Positions 19,001 to 28,500 of a DNA stretch of 64,000 nucleotides are shown piece by piece. Source of the DNA: Thiohalocapsa sp. PB-PSB1 (GTDB lineage: Bacteria > Pseudomonadota > Gammaproteobacteria > Chromatiales > Chromatiaceae); NCBI GenBank assembly GCA_016745215.1, contig CP050890.1:6029455-6093454 (forward strand). The letters run 5' to 3'. Each line of letters starts with the position of its first letter. Positions within the stretch are counted from its first letter, which is position 1. The position numbers and the translations under genes are program-made. A model generated the notes under the pieces. It was not told where the DNA came from and searched no databases. It was given only the letters and a program-made list of their open reading frames with translations.

Positions 19001-19993
19001 GCGCACCTGCGCGGGCTCATGCAATGTTTTCAGGATGCCGCCCATCTTCGGGTCTAGGGCAGCCTGCCAGGTGTAGGGGCGGGGGAACAGGGTGCCGATG
19101 CGAAACTGTTCCGAATTCTTATCATAGGGCTCGATCCTGATCCGTTCCCGCGTTGCGTCGGTCTTGTCCCCGGGGTCGTCTCCCCAAGACCAGAGAGGCG
19201 CGGCGAGCGGCAGGCTGAGTGCGGCGTTGCGGCCGAGCGCATTGCCCATCCGAGCCGCTACCTCCTGGAACAGCAAGCCGATGGTGCCGGTGGAGGCCGA
19301 GGCCAGGATATACCGGGACGGGTCTTCGGTCAGGCCGAAGAAGCTCTCGGGATCTTCGGCTCCGGTGCCGACTCCGAGCAGGTACAGCTCGTGGCCCGAG
19401 CGTTTCCATCGTGCATCGTAGAACTGGGCCAATGTGGCGGTACTTTCCGCGGCTTCGCCGTCGGTGAGCATGACGACGGTACCAAGCTCGCCGGTGGCTT
19501 CCATCATCGCCAATGCTTCGGTCAGCCCCGCCAGGAACTGGGTTCCGCCGCCGGCATCCGGCCATGGGCGCTGTAGTTGGTATGCCAGCTCGGCCATGTC
19601 CGACGTGAACGGGCTGACGATCTTGGCCTGACTGCCGAACTCCATCAGCCCGATGCGCACTGGAATGCCGCTGCTGGCGAGGTTGCGCTGCATCTCGAAG
19701 ACGGCTTGCCGGGCATCGCTGATGTACATCTGCATCGAGCCCGAGGTGTCAATCAGGAACAATAACGGTGCCTGTTGCCGCACATCCGGCGCGCGGATGC
19801 CCTCAGCGCCGCTGTAGTCGATCCAGAGCTCGGCCGTCTCCCAGGGCAGCACGATGTCGCGCGGGACGGTCACCCGTAAGGGATCATCGGCGGCGGGCTG
19901 AGGCTGGGTCAGCTTCACCCAAAGGGCCATGCCGCCCAAGACCGCCAGTCCGAGGATAACCAACAGCAGCGTTCGCCAGAGGGTCCGCATCAT
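16079..19993 (-). CDS. paralogous giant membrane protein: TM - vWA - TM - tubulin-like domain with degenerate signature
   Basis: 1304 aa with the same architecture. vWA motifs LFLIDTSGSMQ ... VMLTDGEA. T1-like LVLGLGGSARAV. The T4 position reads LVASLRGGVSTGWL instead of GGGTGSG. Confidence 0.6.
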   Translation of the reverse strand: MMRTLWRTLLLVILGLAVLGGMALWVKLTQPQPAADDPLRVTVPRDIVLPWETAELWIDYSGAEGIRAPDVRQQAPLLFLIDTSGSMQMYISDARQAVFEMQRNLASSGIPVRIGLMEFGSQAKIVSPFTSDMAELAYQLQRPWPDAGGGTQFLAGLTEALAMMEATGELGTVVMLTDGEAAESTATLAQFYDARWKRSGHELYLLGVGTGAEDPESFFGLTEDPSRYILASASTGTIGLLFQEVAARMGNALGRNAALSLPLAAPLWSWGDDPGDKTDATRERIRIEPYDKNSEQFRIGTLFPRPYTWQAALDPKMGGILKTLHEPAQVRYTTSSGEPYRIKPDTEAMPKVLVVTWLFLFMLMLPAIAYLLATWLAWLFRASATPPELAPVQWRKEYRPPPNLPLRFPPDAQRVDWVPTLVLGLGGSARAVLTQIKQNLADSFNHADSQPVLLALDVARDELRDGAGEPVPGCLDPLSRDQVFVLPTESCALYDAVHQQQQRAIRDRNDPAAALDLYPYVDMGAEALRLSNGTRGQAPLARLALLNDLANGGRSALLNRLTRALDDWRKIRPEQRRRQILLVASLRGGVSTGWLTDMLILLRRLVADDEHAGQAVELNCLLIGERQAKRGTLVPLDSPVLFAEIDRLATAGSRPFQHRLAAVAANPDQLDGAKDTTAKDIKPSALDGLVSRRPQDAIFALPMRAGRNGLDADDLPAAADAAMLLLDRSRRTELTYQLQAIQGAEVRRRAEQGRELYTEIAVHDAVFPRSFFRELLLNRLINLLGNRQVLFPELEHDQGRATLEPLPVDGEKLCGLDSGVDPAGMVAALCQAALGHCEALDSLSLDSDLLTEAANAMRVRLITNANRELRERTLGLLALARMANTMSRHLGECVDRGANPVLSDLGNVFDAVRRQALTWIELFLGSRLLVELGDGALLTDYGGILVERSTDSGQVLDRLIEWERGRSRTLLAPLTSADLADRDSLERKLDDLLSSFVRGWLNTDDEKLVPVLAGRCHWELSAPGFGGDPVGVNLVLRGAKARRYGPSLAELQRFEKDLREEAGPVFDRANDFHVLSMLRAVTEDDSDQALVPFVNSLKGPLRGERSSLLATLPDLECIADPELHAFQTKLIRTLRQLTVNAAEQVKVVALHDRNRISLLQALPLLQAELSEGGSAARDAQLLHRPDRLLQREAAKFADAIGRDGLVLPPVLGIALEDRPRLQQFARLYQNGQVSRNPSDNLWYVHAANGQQRVSLLQSQSLADAAAYYVSHALTVPVEDASRPPPEPDTLDIHFTDYLAWLAKD

Positions 19994-20026
19994 CTTCCGC
20001 TCTCCTTAAGGTTCAGTTGTCAGCGC

Positions 20027-23000
20027 TCAGCTTCGAGAGCCTAGGAAAGGCCGAAGGTGGTGGGTCATGATCAGTCCGAGGAAGGCGTCCTTCCCTATCA
20101 TCGCGCCGTTGCGACTCTGCTCCAGTTCGACCCGAAAGAGGTGTGGTTGGGCATCATGAAATGCTGCGGCCATCGCTTCCAAGGTCTTGCCCTCAGCGGC
20201 AAGTGCCTCCTCCATCCAGCCCTGCACGCGGCGCAGATCGATCGCGCCGCGGGTTCGGCGGCGGCGATCGTTGCGGTCCATGGTGAAGGTAATCAGTGCG
20301 CGCAGCAGATCTTTCGGGTCATTGTCGTCTTCGGGATCGTTGAGGTAGATCAGCTGTTTGGTGTCCTGCTCGGATACGGGTCCGCAGATCCAAACCTTGC
20401 CGCCGGTGGCAATCGGCTGGCCACGGATCACCCCGACCACCAGGGCCTTGGTGAATATCTCCACGGACTTCGGATCATCGAGCAGGCGGCAGAACTGACC
20501 TGGGATCTCGGGGAAATGCGTATCCCGCGTCTCGACGACCTGGGCATGCTCCATGCGCCAAGCCTCTTGGTCGCATCGGAACAGGTGATAGGTCTCGGCA
20601 CGCCATTCGGGATAGTCCTCGTCGCGCACCCGCAGGTAGTCTGCCCGCATCCGATCTAGGGCGCGGATTTCTCCATAGGGGATGGCGTTATCCGCCATCA
20701 GCACGGCAAGCACGTTGCGGTCCCTGAAACGATTGACTCCGTTGGTATCGGTGAGGTTGTGTGTGATCTTGCCGGACATATTGGCATCGCCGGCCATGGC
20801 GTTGTAGACGTCGTCGAAGGCGTCATCGCCATCGCGGTCCCGATTCCAGCTATCGCCATGCAGCAGCAGCAGCTTGCGGCTATCGGACGTGGGCCGTTGA
20901 TCGAGAAAGTTGCTGGTCACCGAGCGCAGTCGATCGGCAAGCGAGGTCACCGGGTCGCGCTTGTCATCGCGCAGCCACTTCAGGTAGCGCGCCATGCCCT
21001 CGAATTCCTTGACGCGCTTACCGATCCGTGTCGACAATGCGTGGTTGAGGGTTTTGGGGAAATCGCGGGCGGCGAGCAGGTCGCGTTCAGGCCAGCCTTC
21101 CAGCGCTAGATCCTGCGGGCGTTGTCCGGGCTTCCAGGTCAACTTGAGGAGCAGGTCGTCGACGAACGACTTCTCGGTCTGCGGGTCGAGCAGGCAGCGC
21201 TTGCGCAGGAAGTCCCGATAGCCATCCATATCGACAGTATTTTTGACGCCCATGGAAGCCGATCGGTGCTGGGTCTGGCGATCAAGGCGCTCTGCGATCT
21301 CGCTGCCCTCGTCAGTGGCCTCCTGGACCACCCGCAACAGCCCTTGCTGCCAATCCTGGATGCCGTTGAGCCAGCTGGTGACATGTTGATCGGCGACCTT
21401 GAGCATCTCCTGGATGAATTCGACCAATTGGCCGCGCTGCAGCCACTGGTTGACCTCGTTGGCAGCGTTCAGGTACGCCTCTTCGGTGTCCGCGAGCTGA
21501 CCTTTCCAGCCCAGAAGCTTCTTTTCTAATTCCACCAGTGCAACGCGGGCGTCCTTTTCCTCATTGCGCGCTCCTTCCAGCCCAGCGCGATCGTCAGCGA
21601 CGATCTGTTCCAGTGTATTGCGCAGTTCTGACATCAGCTTGCCAAGCTCATTGATGATCCGATTCGTCTTGCCCAGCGCCATCTCGCGGGCCTGTTGCTT
21701 GCCTAGGTACTTGCGGACACTATCATCGATGGAGGTTTGGATGCGCTCGACGATCAACGGGCGGATCAACGCCACCGATGCCTTGAAGCCACCGATGCCG
21801 TCGCCATCGTAGTCACGACGCCGCAGGGCGACCTCGGCCTGTACTCGCTCTTTGGAATCGTCGAATTCTTCCTTGACATCGCGAACGGTCTGAATGTCTT
21901 CGAAGATGTCGGCAAACAGGCGGCTGGCCGCCATCTCCTTGTCCTCGCCGATGGGGCGGCCAAACACGCCCAGCGGATTCGCGAAGCCGAGCATATCATT
22001 GACGATGAACGAGGGATTCATCTGATCCGATAGATCCTGGCGCTCCTTTTCGGTGTCGGGCTCTTTCAGGATGCGGAACAGTGCGAACAACTCGGTGGAA
22101 AGGATGTCTTCCGCATCCCGGCGACGATCGTCCGCTGAGCCTGCGAGCAGTACCTGGGTATCGGTATCGCGCGGCAGGAGCCCGTTGGCGACATCCAATG
22201 CGGCATCGAGCACGAACTGACGCTCATAGAGGCGAGTTGGGATAAAGATGCGGTGGGAGTTGAACGAGGTAGCGGCTCCCTCCCTGGCGTTGATCCATTG
22301 GCGAAAGATTTCGTCGCCGGCGGAATCGTCCAACAGCAGGTTCAACCCGTCGGCGATTTCGGAAAAATAGGACTTGCGTCCGTCGGCACTCTTGCACTCG
22401 CGGTTGTAAAAGACCAGATTGTCGAACAATTTGTCGGTCAGGCTGACGCGGGTCGAGGAATCATAGTCGACCGAGAAGCGGATGCCGTCCTCTTGCTCAC
22501 TGATCCGACCGCGATATTCGGTCTCGACGGGTGCCTGGAACCGCTCCAGCTCGCGTATCACGGCGTAGGCCCGGGCACCATCGATGTCGACGTCCTTGTA
22601 GGCGTCCGGCAATACCGCCGCGCCGATGATGCGGAAGCGAAGCCCCATCTGCTCGGCCACCAGCCGGGCGAGCAATGCCAGATCCATGTAGAGTCCGGCG
22701 CCGGTGCCGCCGGCGACCGAGCCAATGATCCAGATCGGCAATTCGCCATCGGCGTGCCCGCAATTCTCCATCGCATAGCGCAGCATGCTGACGACGCGCT
22801 GCTTATTCAGAAAGGCACCCATCCGCGCGAACTGCCGATGCTGTCCGGCACCGCGCACCAGGTTGAAGTCAGCATTGGACAGGTTTTCCTGGAATAGGTC
22901 GGCGCGATACCAGCGCGCCATCTCGGCCATGGTTTGTGGGTCGCGGGCGACCTTGCGGGTATAGTCGGCAAAGGTGCCGGGGGGGTCGTCCTGGAGCTGC

Positions 23001-23218
23001 AGATATTCGTTGCCTTCGATCGCCGTCGCCGAACCCTCGCCGCCCAGGCGCGCGCCCTTGTTCTTGCGATGGTCGTCGGCTTCGGTGTCGATCAACCGAA
23101 ACTGCAGGGTAGGTGGGATCGAGCCCGATGTGGCATAAACCTTGTCTTTCAGACGGGCGAGTACCTCGTCTCCAGTTCCACCGATGCCGATAAACAGACT
23201 GCGCATGCCGTTCTCCAA
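20027..23218 (-). CDS. standalone large tubulin/FtsZ-like GTPase
   Basis: 1063 aa. N-terminal LFIGIGGTGDEV (T1-like) and IIGSVAGGTGAGLYMDLALL, matching [SAG]GGTG[SA]G, about 160 aa downstream. Confidence 0.7.
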   Translation of the reverse strand: MENGMRSLFIGIGGTGDEVLARLKDKVYATSGSIPPTLQFRLIDTEADDHRKNKGARLGGEGSATAIEGNEYLQLQDDPPGTFADYTRKVARDPQTMAEMARWYRADLFQENLSNADFNLVRGAGQHRQFARMGAFLNKQRVVSMLRYAMENCGHADGELPIWIIGSVAGGTGAGLYMDLALLARLVAEQMGLRFRIIGAAVLPDAYKDVDIDGARAYAVIRELERFQAPVETEYRGRISEQEDGIRFSVDYDSSTRVSLTDKLFDNLVFYNRECKSADGRKSYFSEIADGLNLLLDDSAGDEIFRQWINAREGAATSFNSHRIFIPTRLYERQFVLDAALDVANGLLPRDTDTQVLLAGSADDRRRDAEDILSTELFALFRILKEPDTEKERQDLSDQMNPSFIVNDMLGFANPLGVFGRPIGEDKEMAASRLFADIFEDIQTVRDVKEEFDDSKERVQAEVALRRRDYDGDGIGGFKASVALIRPLIVERIQTSIDDSVRKYLGKQQAREMALGKTNRIINELGKLMSELRNTLEQIVADDRAGLEGARNEEKDARVALVELEKKLLGWKGQLADTEEAYLNAANEVNQWLQRGQLVEFIQEMLKVADQHVTSWLNGIQDWQQGLLRVVQEATDEGSEIAERLDRQTQHRSASMGVKNTVDMDGYRDFLRKRCLLDPQTEKSFVDDLLLKLTWKPGQRPQDLALEGWPERDLLAARDFPKTLNHALSTRIGKRVKEFEGMARYLKWLRDDKRDPVTSLADRLRSVTSNFLDQRPTSDSRKLLLLHGDSWNRDRDGDDAFDDVYNAMAGDANMSGKITHNLTDTNGVNRFRDRNVLAVLMADNAIPYGEIRALDRMRADYLRVRDEDYPEWRAETYHLFRCDQEAWRMEHAQVVETRDTHFPEIPGQFCRLLDDPKSVEIFTKALVVGVIRGQPIATGGKVWICGPVSEQDTKQLIYLNDPEDDNDPKDLLRALITFTMDRNDRRRRTRGAIDLRRVQGWMEEALAAEGKTLEAMAAAFHDAQPHLFRVELEQSRNGAMIGKDAFLGLIMTHHLRPFLGSRS

Positions 23219-23283
23219 ATGTCGCGATTAACCTGCTTGTTGTAATAAAATTACTAGGCTGGCGCTGTTGCCAGCTCCGGGAT

Positions 23284-25554
23284 TTAGCTCTTGCCGACGA
23301 ATAATACAAAGTCGGCAGACTGGCCTTCGGGAAGGCCTTGAATGCTGTGACGCGCCCGCTGCGTTGCAGAATCGTTGGTTGCCTCGAGACGACGTGTAGC
23401 GACGCCCTTTTTCGCGCCATGGGGACGATAGCGCACAACGACGGCCACCTTGTTGCCAGGGCGGCGAAGGCGCCGGATTCGGAACTTCTCCATCGACCAG
23501 ATATCGCCATCGGCCAAGGTGACCAGCCGTGGATCGGTAACGATGCGAGCGCCCTTGAGTGGCCAAACCTTCTGGCTTGCCGCCGGGCTACGTGGCACCG
23601 AAAACACCAGCCGAGGCTCGCGCTTGAATCGCTTGTCGCTGCGCTCGATCAGCCACCGCTCGCCGTAAAACCACCAGAGTAGGGCGGCCAAGAGCAACAG
23701 CACCAACAGCACAGCAGCCCAGATCAGCAGTACCCAAGGGCTCTCCGTGACCTGCAACTCGGGACCGACCCAAAGGTCGCCGGTCTCTGCGATGCCGGCA
23801 TAATTCATACCGGCACGCCAAGGGTCTGCGGTGGTCGGCTCAATCAGCAGACGGACGCCCGCGGTGTTGCCCCACAGTAGATCCCAGCGGGTCCGCCCGA
23901 AGTCCAGTGTCATGCTGGCGTCGAGCCCTGGATTGCCGGCGGCCAAGTCGGTCATGGGGATCTCCGCATCGCTGTCGCTGCCGACTGCGTACCAGCCGAC
24001 CCGAAGGCCTGCGCCAGCCTGCAGCACATCGGCAACCGGCAATTCGGTCCCGGTGTGCCCATGGCGAAAACGCAGATCAATGGGCACATTGGTCGCGCCT
24101 TGCCAGAGCCGGATCGGGTCTTCAAAGGATGGGGCCGCGAAGTAGGCCTGGATCGGTGTAGCGTTGTCGACCCGGATCATGTCCTCGCTCTGGTAGACGA
24201 CGTGCTCACTCTGGTTGTTGGCCTTGGTTGTACCGGTCAGCTTGATGCTGTAATCGCCTGCGACGTCGAAGCGCAGTGGATTTTGGCTAACAACGGCACC
24301 TGGACGGCCGGCGTATTGCATCGGCACCGGTCGAACAACGCCGTTGGGATCGGTCATCTTTGCCTTGAAGACCACCTGAGGCAGGTTAGCCTGCGGCACG
24401 AACAGGCCATTGGCACCACGACCTTCCAATTCATAACCGAGCTGGACGTCGTCGTATTGCTTGACCGAGCGTACCGGCGCCACCAGACGAGCCTGCGCGA
24501 AGATCGGCAGCGGCTGCACATTATAGGGTGCGCCACCCGTGCGTAGCTGGTATTTGCCAGGGGCGGGATAGGGAAGGCGGATCGCGGCGGATAATTTGGC
24601 GCGGTCTGTCGTCGGCAATCTGTTCCCATCCGGGTCAAGGACGTTGATGCGGTTGTCGGGCAGATAGGGCTGCTGGTAGTCGATGTAGAAATTCAGGCCT
24701 TTGAGATAGGCTGGCGCCGTATAGAAGTCGGTGATACCAGGGGTGGTCGCGATACCCGGAGCGATGATTTCCTTTAGATAGTCGGCAATGACGTCGACCG
24801 CATCCTCGTCACTCCGGATCAGGTAAGCACCGCCCTCGCCGTCCTGATCCGGGGTGGCAGCGCGGCGCCAGATATCACCCCACGCGTTCTCCCAGTAATT
24901 TGAAGCATCATTGAATCCAAACACAAAAAATTTGGAGAACGTGGCATCCTGTTTGATACGTCGCGTCCAAGTTTCGATCTCAGAACGCTGAACTCCATTC
25001 GCTCCTTTGGCCGATGGCATGCCATCCGTAACCATGACAACGATACGCTCGCGCTGACCCATTTCAGCGCCTGGACCCAAAGCCGGCGGATTGTCCCGGA
25101 ACCATTCTACCTCCCGCTGTGCAAGGGCCAAGGCCTTACCGATGTCGGTGTCGCCGCGAAAGACCGGCTTGATCGGTTCGAAAGCAGCTTGAATCTTGGT
25201 GAAAGCGCCACTTGCATCCTGACCGCGCGGTACTGCTGGGATCTCTTTCCGGGACACCGTAATCTGAACCCTGGACTTCTGATAGCGGGCATTGCGACCT
25301 CCGAATTCAATCACCGACAGGCGATTGACATATCCATTCCTGGCGGAACTCAACAGGTGTTCACCGAGTGCCTTGATTGCTTCGATACGCTTACCGGAAG
25401 GATCGTTCGCGGTGCTGCCGGCGGCCCCGGCGCCCATCATACTCCCGGATTGATCGATAACAAAAACCAGATCGGTGCCCCTGGGTACGGTGGTCGTCCC
25501 GAGGGCCGGCATCGCGATGAACAAGAAGATAACGAGCAGGGTTGGCAATCGCAT
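23284..25554 (-). CDS. secreted vWA-domain protein with C-terminal TM anchor
   Basis: Signal peptide MRLPTLLVIFLFIAMPALG. vWA motifs LVFVIDQSGSMMG ... VVMVTDGMPS. C-terminal TM VLLIWAAVLLVLLLLAALLWWF. The ORF in the track starts further upstream (25629). Confidence 0.7.
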   Translation of the reverse strand: MRLPTLLVIFLFIAMPALGTTTVPRGTDLVFVIDQSGSMMGAGAAGSTANDPSGKRIEAIKALGEHLLSSARNGYVNRLSVIEFGGRNARYQKSRVQITVSRKEIPAVPRGQDASGAFTKIQAAFEPIKPVFRGDTDIGKALALAQREVEWFRDNPPALGPGAEMGQRERIVVMVTDGMPSAKGANGVQRSEIETWTRRIKQDATFSKFFVFGFNDASNYWENAWGDIWRRAATPDQDGEGGAYLIRSDEDAVDVIADYLKEIIAPGIATTPGITDFYTAPAYLKGLNFYIDYQQPYLPDNRINVLDPDGNRLPTTDRAKLSAAIRLPYPAPGKYQLRTGGAPYNVQPLPIFAQARLVAPVRSVKQYDDVQLGYELEGRGANGLFVPQANLPQVVFKAKMTDPNGVVRPVPMQYAGRPGAVVSQNPLRFDVAGDYSIKLTGTTKANNQSEHVVYQSEDMIRVDNATPIQAYFAAPSFEDPIRLWQGATNVPIDLRFRHGHTGTELPVADVLQAGAGLRVGWYAVGSDSDAEIPMTDLAAGNPGLDASMTLDFGRTRWDLLWGNTAGVRLLIEPTTADPWRAGMNYAGIAETGDLWVGPELQVTESPWVLLIWAAVLLVLLLLAALLWWFYGERWLIERSDKRFKREPRLVFSVPRSPAASQKVWPLKGARIVTDPRLVTLADGDIWSMEKFRIRRLRRPGNKVAVVVRYRPHGAKKGVATRRLEATNDSATQRARHSIQGLPEGQSADFVLFVGKS

Positions 25555-25567
25555 GTTCGGATCCCTG

Positions 25568-28500
25568 TTATGATGGCGGGCGCTCGGCCAGATATTGCCG
25601 ATAGGCGCTGCCGATGGACAGCGACGCATCGGGATTGATCAGCTGGGATTTGATCTTGTTGATGGGGCCGCTGAGCGGCTCGATCTGTTCCAACTGGGCA
25701 AGCAGCTCTTGTCGCGGCTCTTCGAGTAGCCCTGCGTGCAACTGCTCGAACGTTTTGATCTGAGCCTGGATTATTTTGTAATGATCGCGTAAGGCCTTCA
25801 GGTCAGTTGGTACCTGATGGCCTGCCGCCAGCCACAGATGACCTTCGTCGGATGCGGACCAAGCATTGATCAGCCCTGACCAGCGGGCACTCTCCCTTGC
25901 CCGCGGCAACTCCCAATCGATCAACGGAATCGCGTGCTCGATCTGCCGCACCCATGAACTGAGTAGATCGATGAAACCGGCCCAGGGTCGCGTCTCGGTA
26001 TGCAACGGAAAAAGTCGGCCGAAGCGGCTGCTGAACGCGGACCATGCGGCCTCCAGATCCTCCCAAGCATCGATGCCTTCTTGTCGGCGTCGAATGGCGT
26101 CGGGCCAAGCCCGCGCGACGCGGATGGCAGGCGCCAGGCGATCAAGTCCGCGCTGCAGTTCTGCCAGTTCGGGGCGCAGGTCCGCGTCCCAAGGGTCGCG
26201 TCGATCGAGATCGCGCAGGGTTCGCTCGACTCCTACCGCTACATCGAGCATCTGCATGGTTTTTTTATCGATCAGGCCGGTCTTGAGCAGTCCCTCGATT
26301 TCTCGATGCAGCTGCACGACCTCGATGTTGCCGTCGGCAAGACGCTTGTCGATGCGAGCGTGTTCGGCGCGCAGCAATCCAGTCACATGGTCGACCGGCG
26401 TTTCCGCGCGACCAGACCAAACCCGCGCCCGCAACTCGTCGGGCAACTGAGCCCACAAGCGCCGGATGTGAAAGTAGTTGTAGGCAGAGCGCGAAAGGTG
26501 TTCGAGTAGACGTCCTAGAAGCGGCTCATCCTCTGGCCTGGGATACCCTTCGATATCCTCGACCAGCGAGGCGTCGTGGAAGCAGTCCAATAAGCTGGCC
26601 AGATAGGATTCGTCTGGAAAGCGTAGCCTGACGATTTTGGCATCGACCGGCTCCGGCATACTGACCATATTGCGCAACAGTTTGAGATAGCGTGTCCGTG
26701 GCTCCGGGTGTCGATGGACCATCAACACATCTTGGAACTCACGGTACAGGGCGAGCCAGTCTTCGTCATCGGCACGCCTGTGGAGCAGGCGTTCGGTCTG
26801 CACCGTTGCCGTCAACTGACGCTGCCCTTCGCGGCCCAGGCAGACGGGGGTATCCGGATGTGCAAGTATCCGCTCTGTCTTTGGCCAGTCCGCGTTCAGG
26901 CATGCACGTTGCACGGCCAGGCCGATCTGGAGCGGCTTCAGGCGCGGCTTGAGCCGATTGGCCTCGACCGGATGCAGCTGCTTGATTGCAAGACCTTCGG
27001 CCAGTGCCTGGACTCGCGCATCTAGGGTGTCGATCAGGTTCTGTTGCGGAAGCGGGAACAGGCTGAACTGCTTCTCGACCTCGGTAAGCTCCTGATCGGC
27101 CTGCGCGATCGCCCGGCGACGAAGGTCGGCCTGGATGCCTTCCAACCGGGCCTGATCGATCTCGATCAGATGGGCATCGTCTGACGGCTGCTCGCTGGCA
27201 AGCTCCATCAGATGTTTTGCGAAGCAGGCAAAGTCAGGGTGCCCTTCGCGTGGGCGGATGCGCTGACGCAAGCCTTCAACGAACTGGCGACCCCGCAGGC
27301 TTAGAAGATAATGCTGTCGGACCTCGTTGCTGGCCTTGTCGAGTTCTTCGGACAGCACGGACTTGAACTCACCCTGCTGAATTGCGCTCAGGATGCGATC
27401 GTCGAGGCTCGCCTGTCGGGCCTTGACCCGGAGTTTGTCAGCGGCATCCGATGTACAGCCATCAAGCGCCGTCAAAGCGGCAGCCGGCTTCGCCTCTGCA
27501 ATCAGCTGCTCGGCCTGGTCGAGGGCCGATAGCTCCTGCTTCAATGCGTCCATTTGATCACGACAGCGCGCATACCCTGGGGAAGCCCCCCAGGCATCGG
27601 TGAGCGCGTTGAGATCGATCTCGACCTTTCGAAGTCGCTCATCGCGCAGGACGAGGGTGTCGCCATCTTGCTGCCAGGCTTTCAGGCTCGACGCGATTTG
27701 GTTCAGGTGTCGGGCATCTTCTTGCAGTGCTCGCAGGGCATCCAATCCGACGTCATACAGCCGCGACAGATGGGGGTGCGCGTCGAGTTCCCGCTTCAGC
27801 GACGGGTAGTCTTGGAAACCGGCCTGCAGCGTAACGATCCATTCCTGGATCTGTGTTTCGATCTTTTTCCTCAGGTTATGCTCTTGTCTGTCCCAGTCGG
27901 CCAGGCCCGGTAACGGACCGAGCTGATCGAGCCATTGGCCGCGCAAGTCGATCATGCATTGCAGAGACTCTCCAAAGTTCTTGTCATCGGACCCGCAGGC
28001 GCCGTCCAACGCGGTCCGACTGAGCCGCTCCAACGATTTTTCCCAAGCATGTAGTTCCGCGTTGCTGCCGTAGGTCTTCATGCCACCCAGGATATCCTCG
28101 ACCTGTTGTGGGGTTACAAAGGAGCCTAAACTCAGCTCATGCAGTTCAAGAGGTGACCAGGGAAAGCGAGGCCGTCCGTCAAATTCGTAGGTGTCGAACT
28201 TCTCCAATATTGCGTTGAAATGCTTCCTCCAACGCCGAAACTGCTGCAGCTCCCCGCGCGCTTCGATGACCGCTTGATCCTGCTCGTTGGATTGCACCAT
28301 AGTCGCGAGTTCGTCCACGGACCGCGCGACAGCATCCCAGGCATCCGTGGTTTTTTGGGAACGGGCGCGCTCCAAATGGGCCGCTAGTTCCAGTTGAGCT
28401 GCATCTGCGATCCAGCTCTTTAGCTTGTTCGTATCGGACGGAAGCATGCGGCCTTGCAGGCCGTTCAGCACGTCGATGAAGAATGCCCTGTGTCTGGCCA

